Shown here: one piece after another, positions 33,096-43,705 of the stretch
Position numbering within the stretch: the first letter of the stretch is position 1
How the letters are laid out: every line of letters starts with the position of its first letter
Sequence record: PP813861.1
Strand: one strand, 5' to 3'
DNA: 64,000 nucleotides
Program-made: the position numbers and the translations under genes
Notes under the pieces: model-generated
The model's database searches: none
Told to the model about the DNA's origin: nothing
Seen by the model: only the letters and a program-made list of their open reading frames with translations

Positions 33096-33164
33096 GCTTT
33101 TTTTTAGATATAACTGGTACGATGGTATGGTTAATAATGAATCAATCTTAAAAGACAAAATAAA

Positions 33165-33184
33165 GCCCTCCCCGAAGGGAGGGC
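33165..33184 (-). terminator. Intrinsic terminator with UUCG loop
   Basis: Minus strand GCCCTCCC-TTCG-GGGAGGGC then TTTATTTTGTCTTTT. Confidence 0.85.
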
Positions 33185-33195
33185 AATATGTCATT

Positions 33196-36100
33196 TTAAA
33201 TAACAGCACCTTTGGAAACTATCCAGTTAGTACCATCCCATAAGAGGGTGAGAACTGTTTTAGTATCACCTAGGTCATCTACTATTACTGGAGTACCATT
33301 GTTCCACTGTAGCACTGCACTAGACAGTGTTGGCATAGCTACCTTACCAAGCAATACAAGAACAGCTGTGATCATGCGATCAACAGGTCCATTCTCTAGT
33401 GTAATGGTTTGGTTAGCAGCAGTTTGAACCCTATAGCACTGCTGGTTAGCAGGTGTTATAGTCAGAGCTGTACCAGTGAATGTACTTGATTTTAGGCTAT
33501 ATGCATCGAATGATTTATCTAGCTTCTTCCAAGTAATATTAGTACCAGTACGGCTACGTAGCCAATCACCATCAGCGGTTACATCATTATTCGGACCTTG
33601 GAATAGAGTCCATGATTTAGCCGCAGCATTACGTAGGAATAGTTGTCCACTAGTAGCATCAGCTTGATCAACTATAATAGTTACAGGTGTCCATTTAGAA
33701 CCACTAGCTGTTTTCTCACGTACATAGTTAGTGCCATTAGCACCTTCACTAGGTACTTCACCAATAACTGCGGCTGGTACAGCTACCCATTCACCATTTT
33801 GCATACCCATTAGAGTATCATCGGTTTGCAGAGGTGCTACATCAACCCAGTTACCAGCTACACGACCTTGAGGCTTAGTAGCTTGTGCAGTATCGCGTAC
33901 TACATCTGAAGGAATTTCTGGGAATGTAATGGTAGCCCATTCAGTTTCACCCCCTGCAATACCTTTACGAACGTATTGTGCATTAACAACTGGACTAGGT
34001 ACAGCATCAATGGCAGGTGTTGGTAATTCAATAGCAGTCCATTCAACAGCCCCGTCAGCGGTTGCTTTACGGCGACCATAGAAGACACCTACTTCAGCAT
34101 CTACCACCTCATCAACAGGTAGTTCAGTCCAACCGAGTTTGTACCGAACCATTTTCTTATCGACATCTTCTGGATCGACTTCACTAACTGGAACTGACAT
34201 TAATTTGTAGAATACAACCCAGTTAGCATCTTTATACCAAACGGTACCAGTTTTGTCGATACACCAGTCACCACGATTACCATCGATAGAAGTGGGTGCA
34301 GTTTGACCTTCAGGTAGAATTACCCAAGAGGATCCACGTTCACCTTTCTGACCGGTTTTACCAGGGATACCTGGAACACCTTGTTTACCTTCAGGACCTT
34401 CAGGGCCCTGCGGACCCATGGCTAAGACACCTAGGCTTTCCCAAGTAAATGTACCTTCAGTATCGATACTTACAAATACTTCTACTTGTCCTTCAGTATT
34501 GGTGCGAATGGCAATACCTTTACCTACGTTATCAGCAGATGCTACTGGTTTACCAGCATCATCACCAACATAGATAATTAATAGACCACCACCTTGTTTA
34601 CCTTCAGGACCTTGTGGGCCTTCGACACCCTGGATACCCTGCTCACCATTTAGATTAATTGGGCCGATATAGCCATCAATTTCCTGACCTTGGTAAGTAT
34701 AGAGCATTGTACCTTCGTTAGTTTCAACCCAGTATGAATCACCAGTTACTAAGTCAGGATCAGTGTCTTTCTTTGGTAGTTGTGAAGCATCGGTTAAAAC
34801 ACCTTTAATGTTTAAACCTTCACCCGGTTTACCTTGCGGACCTGCCATAATACCAATGCTAGTCCAGCGACTACCGTCCATGTTAACAAATACTTCGCCC
34901 GTGGACTTAACAGTATATGCTTTCCATTGGTTATCGGCAAGTGCTTCTGGTGGGGTATCTTCAGGAGTGTCAATCGCTGCGATGATCTGGATAGGTTCAC
35001 CAGCGGGACCTTGTGGGCCTTCTGGTCCCTCGGGTCCTTCTGGTCCCTGATCACCGTCTTTACCAGGTGCGCCATCTTCACCTTTAGGACCTCGATGTGT
35101 ACCACTATTTACCCAATTACCATCTATCTTAACAAATAAGGTAGATGTGTCTTGTGTGAAGTACGCTGCCTGATCAGGAGCATCTGCCGGCAGGGCTGCC
35201 TCATTGGCAACAGCACCAGTAATAACTACGTTCTTACCATGTAGACTGATTAACCATTCACCCTCAGTACCAGTGAAGCCATTGTCCAATGCTACTTGGA
35301 AAGCCGATTTACCTTGTGCCCCTGGTTCACCAGGTAGACCTTGTTCGCCATCTTCACCTTGCGGACCTTCAGGGCCCTGCGGGCCACGGAATGAACCCAT
35401 GGCTGTCCATGAGATATCAACAGTCGGATCTTGGCCAGTCAGTACATAAACCGTATTGGTGGAACGTACTGAAACACCTTGGTATTGTTCTACACCAGTG
35501 GTGGTTAATAGATCATCAGCAGTTTCAACTGCTTTAACTACTTCTAAGTTACGACCTTGTGGACCAGGTTCACCTTGTTTACCATCGGGACCCGGATCAC
35601 CTGTATTACCTGGTTTACCTTGTGGGCCCTCAGGGCCTTGGAAAGTACCTAGGTCTGACCATGCCCCTTTTACAAAGATGAATAGATGTTCTGGTTTACC
35701 AGCTTCCATAGTAACTAAGTATGCTTCTGATTCTTTAGCTACAGATGGATCAGGTAAATCAGCTGGTGATGGTAGTGAATCCTTAATGGTAAACGGCATT
35801 GCTGGTTCACCCTGAGGACCTTCAGGACCAATTTCACCATCTTTACCTTGCGGACCCTCAGGGCCCTCAGGTCCACGTTCACCCTGTGGTGTAACTGGGA
35901 ACCAATCATAGTCATCAATAGTTGGATTCTCTGGCGGATTATTACCTGAGATAAGCATCCACGCCCAGAGTTGATTATTCCATGAATAAGCATCTCCAGG
36001 TTTATTACTTTCAGTCTTAGGTAATTCTAAGTTATTAGGCCAACGACCACGGATAACTAGACCAGTACCATCTGGACCACGAAGTGAACCTGTTTCAACC

Positions 36101-36477
36101 CAACGACCTTTTACAGGGGGGTCTTCATTACCTAGCGGTGATTCCCACACCCATAGCCGATCTTCAACGAACCAAGCATCACCGACATTATGCGTATCTA
36201 ATGGTTTAATATCTTGTTCGAATGTTGCTAGATCAACATTAGCGATAATGTTAATAGCCGGACCAACTGGGCCAGGAGGGCCTTGTTCGCCATCTTTACC
36301 CGGCTGACCATCTTCACCCTTTAATCCAGGTATAGTAACAGGATCAACGAAAGTAGTATTAAGACCCACCCCGGTAGAAACCGGGATGTGTCCATTAACT
36401 ACAGAAGTGGGCTCATCAATTGATGATACCCGTTTGGGGAGTTCCCCGTTTACATAATCTTCAAATGCAGAAGCCAT
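33196..36477 (-). CDS. Collagen-like tail fibre protein (phiKZ gp146-like)
   Basis: 1093 aa with multiple Gly-X-Y runs (GPQ/GPE/GEP/GKD) alternating with a repeated small beta domain, then YVR...W repeats and a tip domain. Confidence 0.85.
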   Translation of the reverse strand: MASAFEDYVNGELPKRVSSIDEPTSVVNGHIPVSTGVGLNTTFVDPVTIPGLKGEDGQPGKDGEQGPPGPVGPAINIIANVDLATFEQDIKPLDTHNVGDAWFVEDRLWVWESPLGNEDPPVKGRWVETGSLRGPDGTGLVIRGRWPNNLELPKTESNKPGDAYSWNNQLWAWMLISGNNPPENPTIDDYDWFPVTPQGERGPEGPEGPQGKDGEIGPEGPQGEPAMPFTIKDSLPSPADLPDPSVAKESEAYLVTMEAGKPEHLFIFVKGAWSDLGTFQGPEGPQGKPGNTGDPGPDGKQGEPGPQGRNLEVVKAVETADDLLTTTGVEQYQGVSVRSTNTVYVLTGQDPTVDISWTAMGSFRGPQGPEGPQGEDGEQGLPGEPGAQGKSAFQVALDNGFTGTEGEWLISLHGKNVVITGAVANEAALPADAPDQAAYFTQDTSTLFVKIDGNWVNSGTHRGPKGEDGAPGKDGDQGPEGPEGPEGPQGPAGEPIQIIAAIDTPEDTPPEALADNQWKAYTVKSTGEVFVNMDGSRWTSIGIMAGPQGKPGEGLNIKGVLTDASQLPKKDTDPDLVTGDSYWVETNEGTMLYTYQGQEIDGYIGPINLNGEQGIQGVEGPQGPEGKQGGGLLIIYVGDDAGKPVASADNVGKGIAIRTNTEGQVEVFVSIDTEGTFTWESLGVLAMGPQGPEGPEGKQGVPGIPGKTGQKGERGSSWVILPEGQTAPTSIDGNRGDWCIDKTGTVWYKDANWVVFYKLMSVPVSEVDPEDVDKKMVRYKLGWTELPVDEVVDAEVGVFYGRRKATADGAVEWTAIELPTPAIDAVPSPVVNAQYVRKGIAGGETEWATITFPEIPSDVVRDTAQATKPQGRVAGNWVDVAPLQTDDTLMGMQNGEWVAVPAAVIGEVPSEGANGTNYVREKTASGSKWTPVTIIVDQADATSGQLFLRNAAAKSWTLFQGPNNDVTADGDWLRSRTGTNITWKKLDKSFDAYSLKSSTFTGTALTITPANQQCYRVQTAANQTITLENGPVDRMITAVLVLLGKVAMPTLSSAVLQWNNGTPVIVDDLGDTKTVLTLLWDGTNWIVSKGAVI

Positions 36478-38846
36478 TATACTACTTCCTCAAGTTCGAT
36501 TTTCATCAGTCCAGTGGTGTTGGACACAGCGTTTGCTGAGTCACAGTTATACCACTTATTGCCATCCTTGATGGTGTAGGTGTCAACTTGATTTGCATCA
36601 TCCGCCTTATAAGTGAAGTTTAAGCTACCAGTAGAACCTTTAGATAGGTTACTGCAACGTAGTTTACCAGTATTGGTTACTTCAGTACCAATATCAGTTT
36701 CACGGTTCGGCCAAGCAGCCACACTTAGAGTGCGGAATACAAATCCACCTAGTACATAAGTACCACCATTTACACTATTAGCTTCAACACCAGCTAAACC
36801 TTTTAGAACCACACTGTTAAAATCGTAGGTTCCTTTAGGATCATCGTCATGTACTAGTAATGCACGTGTCCATACCTTACCAGTGGCATCAGATTTCCAA
36901 TCCTCAGTAGCCCACTTACCGCCAGGCGCATTCATGGCCGGAGCTGCACTTAGTTTCTGAGTAGAGGTTAAAGTAATGACATGACTTTGTACTTGGGTTC
37001 CAAAGTTACCACCTGAACGAAGGCGAGCAGCAGGGTAGGTAACCGTCGCAGTAGGTGCCGCATTTGCAATAGCCACAACAGCAGTAGCTGTAGCTACACT
37101 ACCATTAGCTGCACGTTTAGCAGTAATTAATAGGTTATTAGTGCTGTCGTTATAAGTACCTGACTTATAAGTAACTACCTTAGCAATTTCTGCTTCATTT
37201 GCACTGGTTATAGTAAGCTGATCATTTGGTGAGGAATAAACCACACTATCAGCATTAGATACCGTATTGGCTACAGTAGCAGTTTCACCTACTTTAATAG
37301 CACTTTGACCAGACGGATAAGTTACTTGACCAATATTAACAACTGGGCGAAGATCGTTTAACTGCATAGTGTTAATTTTATCTTCGGAACCAGCATCACT
37401 GGAAGTAAACCATTCTGACCATGATCCAGTTGATTTCTGAACACGTACACGGAAACCATATGCCTTAGTAGTATTACCACGATCAGCTACGTAAAGACCA
37501 GTAACCTCTAGTTCTTTAGTAGGTGCAACAGTACCACTACTTTCTTTCAGTGCACCAAAGTCAGCAATTTCGTATGCTACTATATTTTCATCAGTAACAA
37601 CTTTAATTGCAACAAGGTCATCTTCTTTAAGTTCTGTTTGACCTAACGGATAACCGCCAGTAAATACAGCACTAGTAATATTAGCGGGAGTATCGGCTAA
37701 TACCTTAGTAGTGAATTTAGCCCCATCGGCGTGTTCTACAACAATATCAGCATAACCTTCAGTAGTAGGTGCACCAAGATCAATATCGGCGGTAGCAATC
37801 CACATAGGTGGATTAACGCCAGGAGTTACAACTGCATCTACGTTATTGATTTTAACACTAGGTACATAACTAGAATGTCCAGTTATTGCATCAACGATAA
37901 CCCGAACATTACTAGTAGTCGATAGGCATGACTGTACGCTGTGTCCATCAGGGGTACGCACAATACTACCTACGTTCTGACTGGGATCAGTTGCTTGTAC
38001 ATCTTTGACGAATACACCGCCACTAATACCTTCGTTTTTAGGAAGGTTCTTAAGATCAACAATTGTTTCATCAACGCCTTCAACAATACGGATATTGCCG
38101 TCATTCTTGAATGCAATGTAATCAGTTAAACTACCAATCTGGAATTCACCATTGTCATAAATACGAATTTCAGACTCAGGTAATTCGGGTAATGCACCTT
38201 GCGTAGTGGGTGCAGAGGCGTTCTTTAGATAAGAATAACCTTCTGCCTCCATACGACCTTGTTCCATCATACGCTGAGGTACTTTATCACCAGCAGTTAA
38301 GTCGTCTTGATTTAGACGCTTATCAAACAGGAAAGCAAAGTTATGGAAAGCAGCGTTGGATGATAATCCACCATTCTTACCAGTTACACGCAGTACATCT
38401 TTAACTGTATAGCCTTGTTGATTTAAGAGTGTCTGGAGTAGTTCAGCAGTCATGGTTGCATGCAGTGATGTTAACCATTCCTGTTCAGTACCTTGGAAAC
38501 CATTTTCCACAGCTACTTCATATGCACTCTTACCAGCATCACCTTTAAGGGATGCTATAAACTCTTCTTCAGTACCAACGAAGCCTAGATCGACTGCGAT
38601 TTGATAAGAAGATTTACCTTTAAGCGAATCAAGCCATTCGGTTTCAGTTCCCTGGAAACCATTTTTAACGGCAATCTCGTACGCACTAAGACCGGGTGCC
38701 CCAGTCTGTAGTTTTGACAGCAGAAACTTATAGTTATCGACTTGACCAGCTGCATCGGTATGAATTAATTCAATATACTCGCTATCATTAAGAGTAGCTA
38801 GATCCGGCAGTTGACTGATCTTGCCTTTGTCTGTAGCATTTGCCAT
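36477..38846 (-). CDS. Tail fibre-associated structural protein (phiKZ gp145-like)
   Basis: 789 aa with N-terminal KISQLP, three SAYE/Q-A--GF-GTE-EWL-SL repeats and Ig-like C-terminal regions. TAATG coupling to gp146. Confidence 0.75.
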   Translation of the reverse strand: MANATDKGKISQLPDLATLNDSEYIELIHTDAAGQVDNYKFLLSKLQTGAPGLSAYEIAVKNGFQGTETEWLDSLKGKSSYQIAVDLGFVGTEEEFIASLKGDAGKSAYEVAVENGFQGTEQEWLTSLHATMTAELLQTLLNQQGYTVKDVLRVTGKNGGLSSNAAFHNFAFLFDKRLNQDDLTAGDKVPQRMMEQGRMEAEGYSYLKNASAPTTQGALPELPESEIRIYDNGEFQIGSLTDYIAFKNDGNIRIVEGVDETIVDLKNLPKNEGISGGVFVKDVQATDPSQNVGSIVRTPDGHSVQSCLSTTSNVRVIVDAITGHSSYVPSVKINNVDAVVTPGVNPPMWIATADIDLGAPTTEGYADIVVEHADGAKFTTKVLADTPANITSAVFTGGYPLGQTELKEDDLVAIKVVTDENIVAYEIADFGALKESSGTVAPTKELEVTGLYVADRGNTTKAYGFRVRVQKSTGSWSEWFTSSDAGSEDKINTMQLNDLRPVVNIGQVTYPSGQSAIKVGETATVANTVSNADSVVYSSPNDQLTITSANEAEIAKVVTYKSGTYNDSTNNLLITAKRAANGSVATATAVVAIANAAPTATVTYPAARLRSGGNFGTQVQSHVITLTSTQKLSAAPAMNAPGGKWATEDWKSDATGKVWTRALLVHDDDPKGTYDFNSVVLKGLAGVEANSVNGGTYVLGGFVFRTLSVAAWPNRETDIGTEVTNTGKLRCSNLSKGSTGSLNFTYKADDANQVDTYTIKDGNKWYNCDSANAVSNTTGLMKIELEEVV

Positions 38847-38948
38847 TTTTATTTCCTTGCTGTATAAGAAACACTAACATGTTAGTCTTTCGAAGAAGAC
38901 TCATACAGTAATGTACTATTGCCAATGAGTAATATTTCAACAACATAA

Positions 38949-38968
38949 GAGAGTCCCGAAGGACTCTC
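38949..38968 (-). terminator. Terminator with UUCG loop after the endolysin
   Basis: Minus strand GAGAGTCC-TTCG-GGACTCTC followed by TTATGTTG. Confidence 0.75.
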
Positions 38969-39051
38969 AAAAAGTTACATTAGCAAAAGATGTGGTTTAT
39001 CATGAGGGGAAGTTTCACATGATACCATAGACTCCATTCTATTGCTACATC

Positions 39052-39883
<832 letters not shown>

Positions 39884-39895
39884 TGAGGGTATTAC

Positions 39896-40429
39896 TTAAC
39901 TTTCTAGATAACGGATTTGACCATTTTCTAGATAACGTGCTGCGCCATTCTCTAATAGCCGGATAGTATCTGATGTATCATCAATACGTTGAATTAGTAT
40001 ATTACATTCGCCATAGTAAGCATAACTACTCGACATAGCTACTATCGTGTATGGAACAACATCCGTAGTTGCATTGATTGGTGTTGTATCAAATGAAACA
40101 TCATCTGGTCCAAGCTTCCAACCCCGTGAACGGTTGATTTCTTCAGCAATTGCTTTAGGTGTTAAAGTACCAACTATCTTAAGGATAGATCCTTCACCAA
40201 TAGCTCGTGGATCAGCAAAATCTAACCGACGGTAAGTTAACATGTACTTAATGTCAGTAGTAATGTCGATCATTTCAATAAATGTACGTCCAGGCTCAAT
40301 CGTGGTTGGACTAAAAAACATATCTTCAAATGTAACTGTTTCTGGTTTGAAGTTTATTTTTAAATCATCCCGCGCAAGTTTTACTAGCGCGTCCCTCGAT
40401 GCCATGTCATACGGAAAGATATCCTGCAT
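39896..40429 (-). CDS. Putative tail-associated protein with a Y-x-R domain (phiKZ gp143-like)
   Basis: 177 aa with TYRRLDF and SYAYYG; C-terminal RLLENG/RYLENG/RYLES repeats. Confidence 0.65.
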   Translation of the reverse strand: MQDIFPYDMASRDALVKLARDDLKINFKPETVTFEDMFFSPTTIEPGRTFIEMIDITTDIKYMLTYRRLDFADPRAIGEGSILKIVGTLTPKAIAEEINRSRGWKLGPDDVSFDTTPINATTDVVPYTIVAMSSSYAYYGECNILIQRIDDTSDTIRLLENGAARYLENGQIRYLES

Positions 40430-40476
40430 GTCAAACCTCTATAGTGGTAAAATGTTTAATCCACATAGCATTATAA

Positions 40477-40501
40477 AGCCTTCCTCTTGAAGAGGAAGGC
40501 T
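40477..40501. terminator. Hairpin terminator
   Basis: AGCCTTCCTCT-TGA-AGAGGAAGGCT 11-bp stem with ATAA and TTAT-type flanks. Confidence 0.7.
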
Positions 40502-40511
40502 ATTATAGTTT

Positions 40512-40907
40512 TTATTGCATAAGCATCTTTATTAATTCAAAGGTACCTTGCACAATAGTCTTTAACACATTGGCACTTTCTTCTGACATAGGTGCACCAG
40601 ATAAAACTACCATAGTAGATACTGATGCCCCAATAAGAGTAACACCACCAGCTAATACCAATACCGCATTACGGTAAGAATCTTTAGCCTTCACTTCAGC
40701 AATTTCCCGGCTGAGAATTTTATATTGAAGATCTGAATCGGTAATAGCATAAATTAGACTAAGTACTTCCTCACCAGTTATACTTAGATTTATACGTTGT
40801 TCCTTTTCCAATACACTATTCAAATAGGTACGTATCTTCTTTCCATAGTCTTTAGAAGAAGATAAAGGATTACCATCGATCTCAATCAGAACGTCCTCTA
40901 GGGTCAT
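40512..40907 (-). CDS. Membrane protein, holin/antiholin candidate
   Basis: Start MTLEDV behind GGAGA (131 aa). One TM segment AVLVLAGGVTLIGASVSTMVVL plus an amphipathic C-terminal helix; lies between the spanins and the endolysin. Confidence 0.45.
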   Translation of the reverse strand: MTLEDVLIEIDGNPLSSSKDYGKKIRTYLNSVLEKEQRINLSITGEEVLSLIYAITDSDLQYKILSREIAEVKAKDSYRNAVLVLAGGVTLIGASVSTMVVLSGAPMSEESANVLKTIVQGTFELIKMLMQ

Positions 40908-41244
40908 GACTATTCTCCAAATTACGTTGACGTTCGTTCCATTCACGCAATTTGTCTACTTGGATATTACATAGTCCAAGTGCATCAGTTTGTAAAAGCC
41001 AATGTTCGGTCATAAGTAAGAAACGTGCTTCATTCTCATCAGTAACCCCAACAGCTTTATATCTATCTAATGCATTGATGATCTCATTAGCTGTAGGTGG
41101 GGCTTCCACATCGCAAGGGAGAAGTAAACTACTTGGGATTGCAACTGGTATTTTCACGGGAGGCGGCACAGTAGTGCTCGTACATCCGTTTAGCAATAGC
41201 ATTAATAGACTTATTAATGTTATCTTTTTTTGTGTCAGTTTCAT
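40882..41244 (-). CDS. Outer-membrane spanin (Rz1-like lipoprotein)
   Basis: From ATG 41244: MKLTQKKITLISLLMLLLNG-C21, Pro-rich VPPPVKIPVAIP, LLLPC, and C-terminal LCN. Overlaps the i-spanin 3' end by 116 nt. Confidence 0.75.
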   Translation of the reverse strand: MKLTQKKITLISLLMLLLNGCTSTTVPPPVKIPVAIPSSLLLPCDVEAPPTANEIINALDRYKAVGVTDENEARFLLMTEHWLLQTDALGLCNIQVDKLREWNERQRNLENSHDPRGRSD

Positions 41245-41635
41245 GTTTAATCTCAGTAGTGGTGCTTTCCCCATTAGTTGTTTTAGCTTTAACCTCAGGC
41301 CATACAGGTGGAGTATATCCACGACCTGATAAACTAATGTACTCATCAATCACCTCAGTGCGTGATTGCGCCTGCTCTTTTTGTATCTCTTTCTTTTTAG
41401 TAATTAGTTCAGCTTGAATTTTATCGGAGATACGATCTGATTCAATCCTAACCTTTTCTGCCGCTTCATAAGATTTAATTTTTCCAATTAAATCTGTAGA
41501 GCGAACAAGTTCCGTCTCATAACTATTTTTGTAATATATGATACCAATTAAGGCACCTATCAGAATAACTAATAGTAACCATATATGCAATGGCACGCTA
41601 CCAATTATTTTTCGTATACCTGCTAATAGGAACAT
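41129..41635 (-). CDS. Inner-membrane spanin (Rz-like)
   Basis: 168 aa with an N-terminal TM segment (IWLLLVILIGALIGIIYY), a periplasmic coiled coil and two C-terminal Cys. Confidence 0.75.
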   Translation of the reverse strand: MFLLAGIRKIIGSVPLHIWLLLVILIGALIGIIYYKNSYETELVRSTDLIGKIKSYEAAEKVRIESDRISDKIQAELITKKKEIQKEQAQSRTEVIDEYISLSGRGYTPPVWPEVKAKTTNGESTTTEIKHETDTKKDNINKSINAIAKRMYEHYCAASRENTSCNPK

Positions 41636-41650
41636 TATTACCTCGAATTG

Positions 41651-42214
41651 TTAAACAATCCTAGTAAGGTAGTAGTAAGCTATCGCACAAGCATCCATAG
41701 AGTGGTCATCTAGACTATCTATATCGATGTTCCATGTGATGTCAGTACGAGAACGCATTGCTTCTTTAACATCATCTTTAGTAGTACCCTTTACTTTTTT
41801 CATACCCGCATTGATTTTAACTGTAGTAGGATCAATCATGTATAAAGGTATAAATCTATCATACTCGTATAATGCTCTATGTACATAGGTCACACATTCT
41901 ACAAGTACAGCGAAGCTTTGGGCAAACTTACCAAGATAGTTAGACTCTACAATAACTGCATGTGGTTTTTCAGTATGTAGTATATTTAGTACCACATCAC
42001 TCATTTGCTGCATTCTAGTAAATCTACTACCATGAACCTCGGAGATGGCAGCATATGCCGGATTTGTATCTTTAAGGTGGCAGGTAAATGCATTACGTAC
42101 CACCTTATTACTTCCATCCAACTTATCTTCCAGAATAGCTATGCCGAGGTTTTGTGAACCAGGGTCTAATGCTAGTACCCGAAATGGCTCATCACTCGCT
42201 GGAAGCTTAAGCAT
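41651..42214 (-). CDS. ruvC: RuvC-like Holliday junction resolvase (phiKZ gp140-like)
   Basis: VLALDPGSQNLGIA, VIVES, P-TVK, K-DVKE, DHSMDACAIA give a full RuvC acidic tetrad. Confidence 0.88.
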   Translation of the reverse strand: MLKLPASDEPFRVLALDPGSQNLGIAILEDKLDGSNKVVRNAFTCHLKDTNPAYAAISEVHGSRFTRMQQMSDVVLNILHTEKPHAVIVESNYLGKFAQSFAVLVECVTYVHRALYEYDRFIPLYMIDPTTVKINAGMKKVKGTTKDDVKEAMRSRTDITWNIDIDSLDDHSMDACAIAYYYLTRIV

Positions 42215-42216
42215 AT

Positions 42217-43143
<927 letters not shown>

Positions 43144-43179
43144 TTAGTACACTGTACTATTGAGTAAATTTGTAAGAGT

Positions 43180-43199
43180 TCCCCTCCATGTGGAGGGGA
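43180..43199. terminator. Hairpin of the TTATG-flanked family
   Basis: TCCCCTCC-ATGT-GGAGGGGA followed by TTTATGCTGT and the 43209 stop. Confidence 0.65.
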
Positions 43200-43208
43200 T
43201 TTATGCTG

Positions 43209-43697
43209 TTAAGCAAATTTTTCAGGAGCACCACGTACCATTACACAGATCCATGATTGTCCATTATGGGAACGTTTTACTTCATGTAATTGGGATAGAT
43301 GGAATACTAATCCTTCACCTTTTCCAATTAATAGTTCCTCACCATCTAAAATGAACTTAGCATCAGGTCCAATATTCCAAGCAAGAATAGTACCGGACTC
43401 GGGTTTATCTACCCAATAATTCATCTCATCTAGAAATCCATCTATTTTGGGGAAATCTAAAAACCATACTTGTAGTGCTTTGTTAAATAGTTCTTCGCCT
43501 AAAATTGGTTTAATTTCTTTACGCTGTTTAGCAGTCCAATTAAACCATTTTGAAGTATTATAAACACTACATGCTTTAAGGCCATTAGTGCCAACTCGCA
43601 TACGGTGGCCATATGAGTCTCTAAATGAAACTTCGCCTTTAAGCTTTGTTAATGTTTTTAGTTCTGCCTTAGATAGAGTCTTAAGTTTAATTGCCAT
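43209..43697 (-). CDS. Cupin/2OG-Fe(II) oxygenase-like protein with degenerate metal site
   Basis: 162 aa with a double-stranded beta-helix pattern (FILDGE...GEGLVF...LHEV). HxD is replaced (GFLDEMNYWVD) and the terminal Arg is absent. Confidence 0.5.
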   Translation of the reverse strand: MAIKLKTLSKAELKTLTKLKGEVSFRDSYGHRMRVGTNGLKACSVYNTSKWFNWTAKQRKEIKPILGEELFNKALQVWFLDFPKIDGFLDEMNYWVDKPESGTILAWNIGPDAKFILDGEELLIGKGEGLVFHLSQLHEVKRSHNGQSWICVMVRGAPEKFA

Positions 43698-43705
43698 GTT
43701 GTACC

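Noticed and set aside
33212-35993. Many short ORFs overlapping the collagen gene (e.g. 34763-35050, 35204-35449, 35456-35815)
   Set aside because: These are shadow frames of Gly-Pro-rich codons with no RBS, fully inside gp146.
38788-38970. 60-aa ORF upstream of gp145
   Set aside because: It starts inside the terminator hairpin, has no RBS and overlaps gp145 out of frame.
39998-40005. TATATTAC on the plus strand
   Set aside because: It lies inside a minus-strand CDS, lacks the upstream TAAGAT context and points at no gene; likely chance.
41245-41349. N-terminal 35 codons of the 155-aa ORF
   Set aside because: The signal peptide and lipobox only make sense from ATG 41244.
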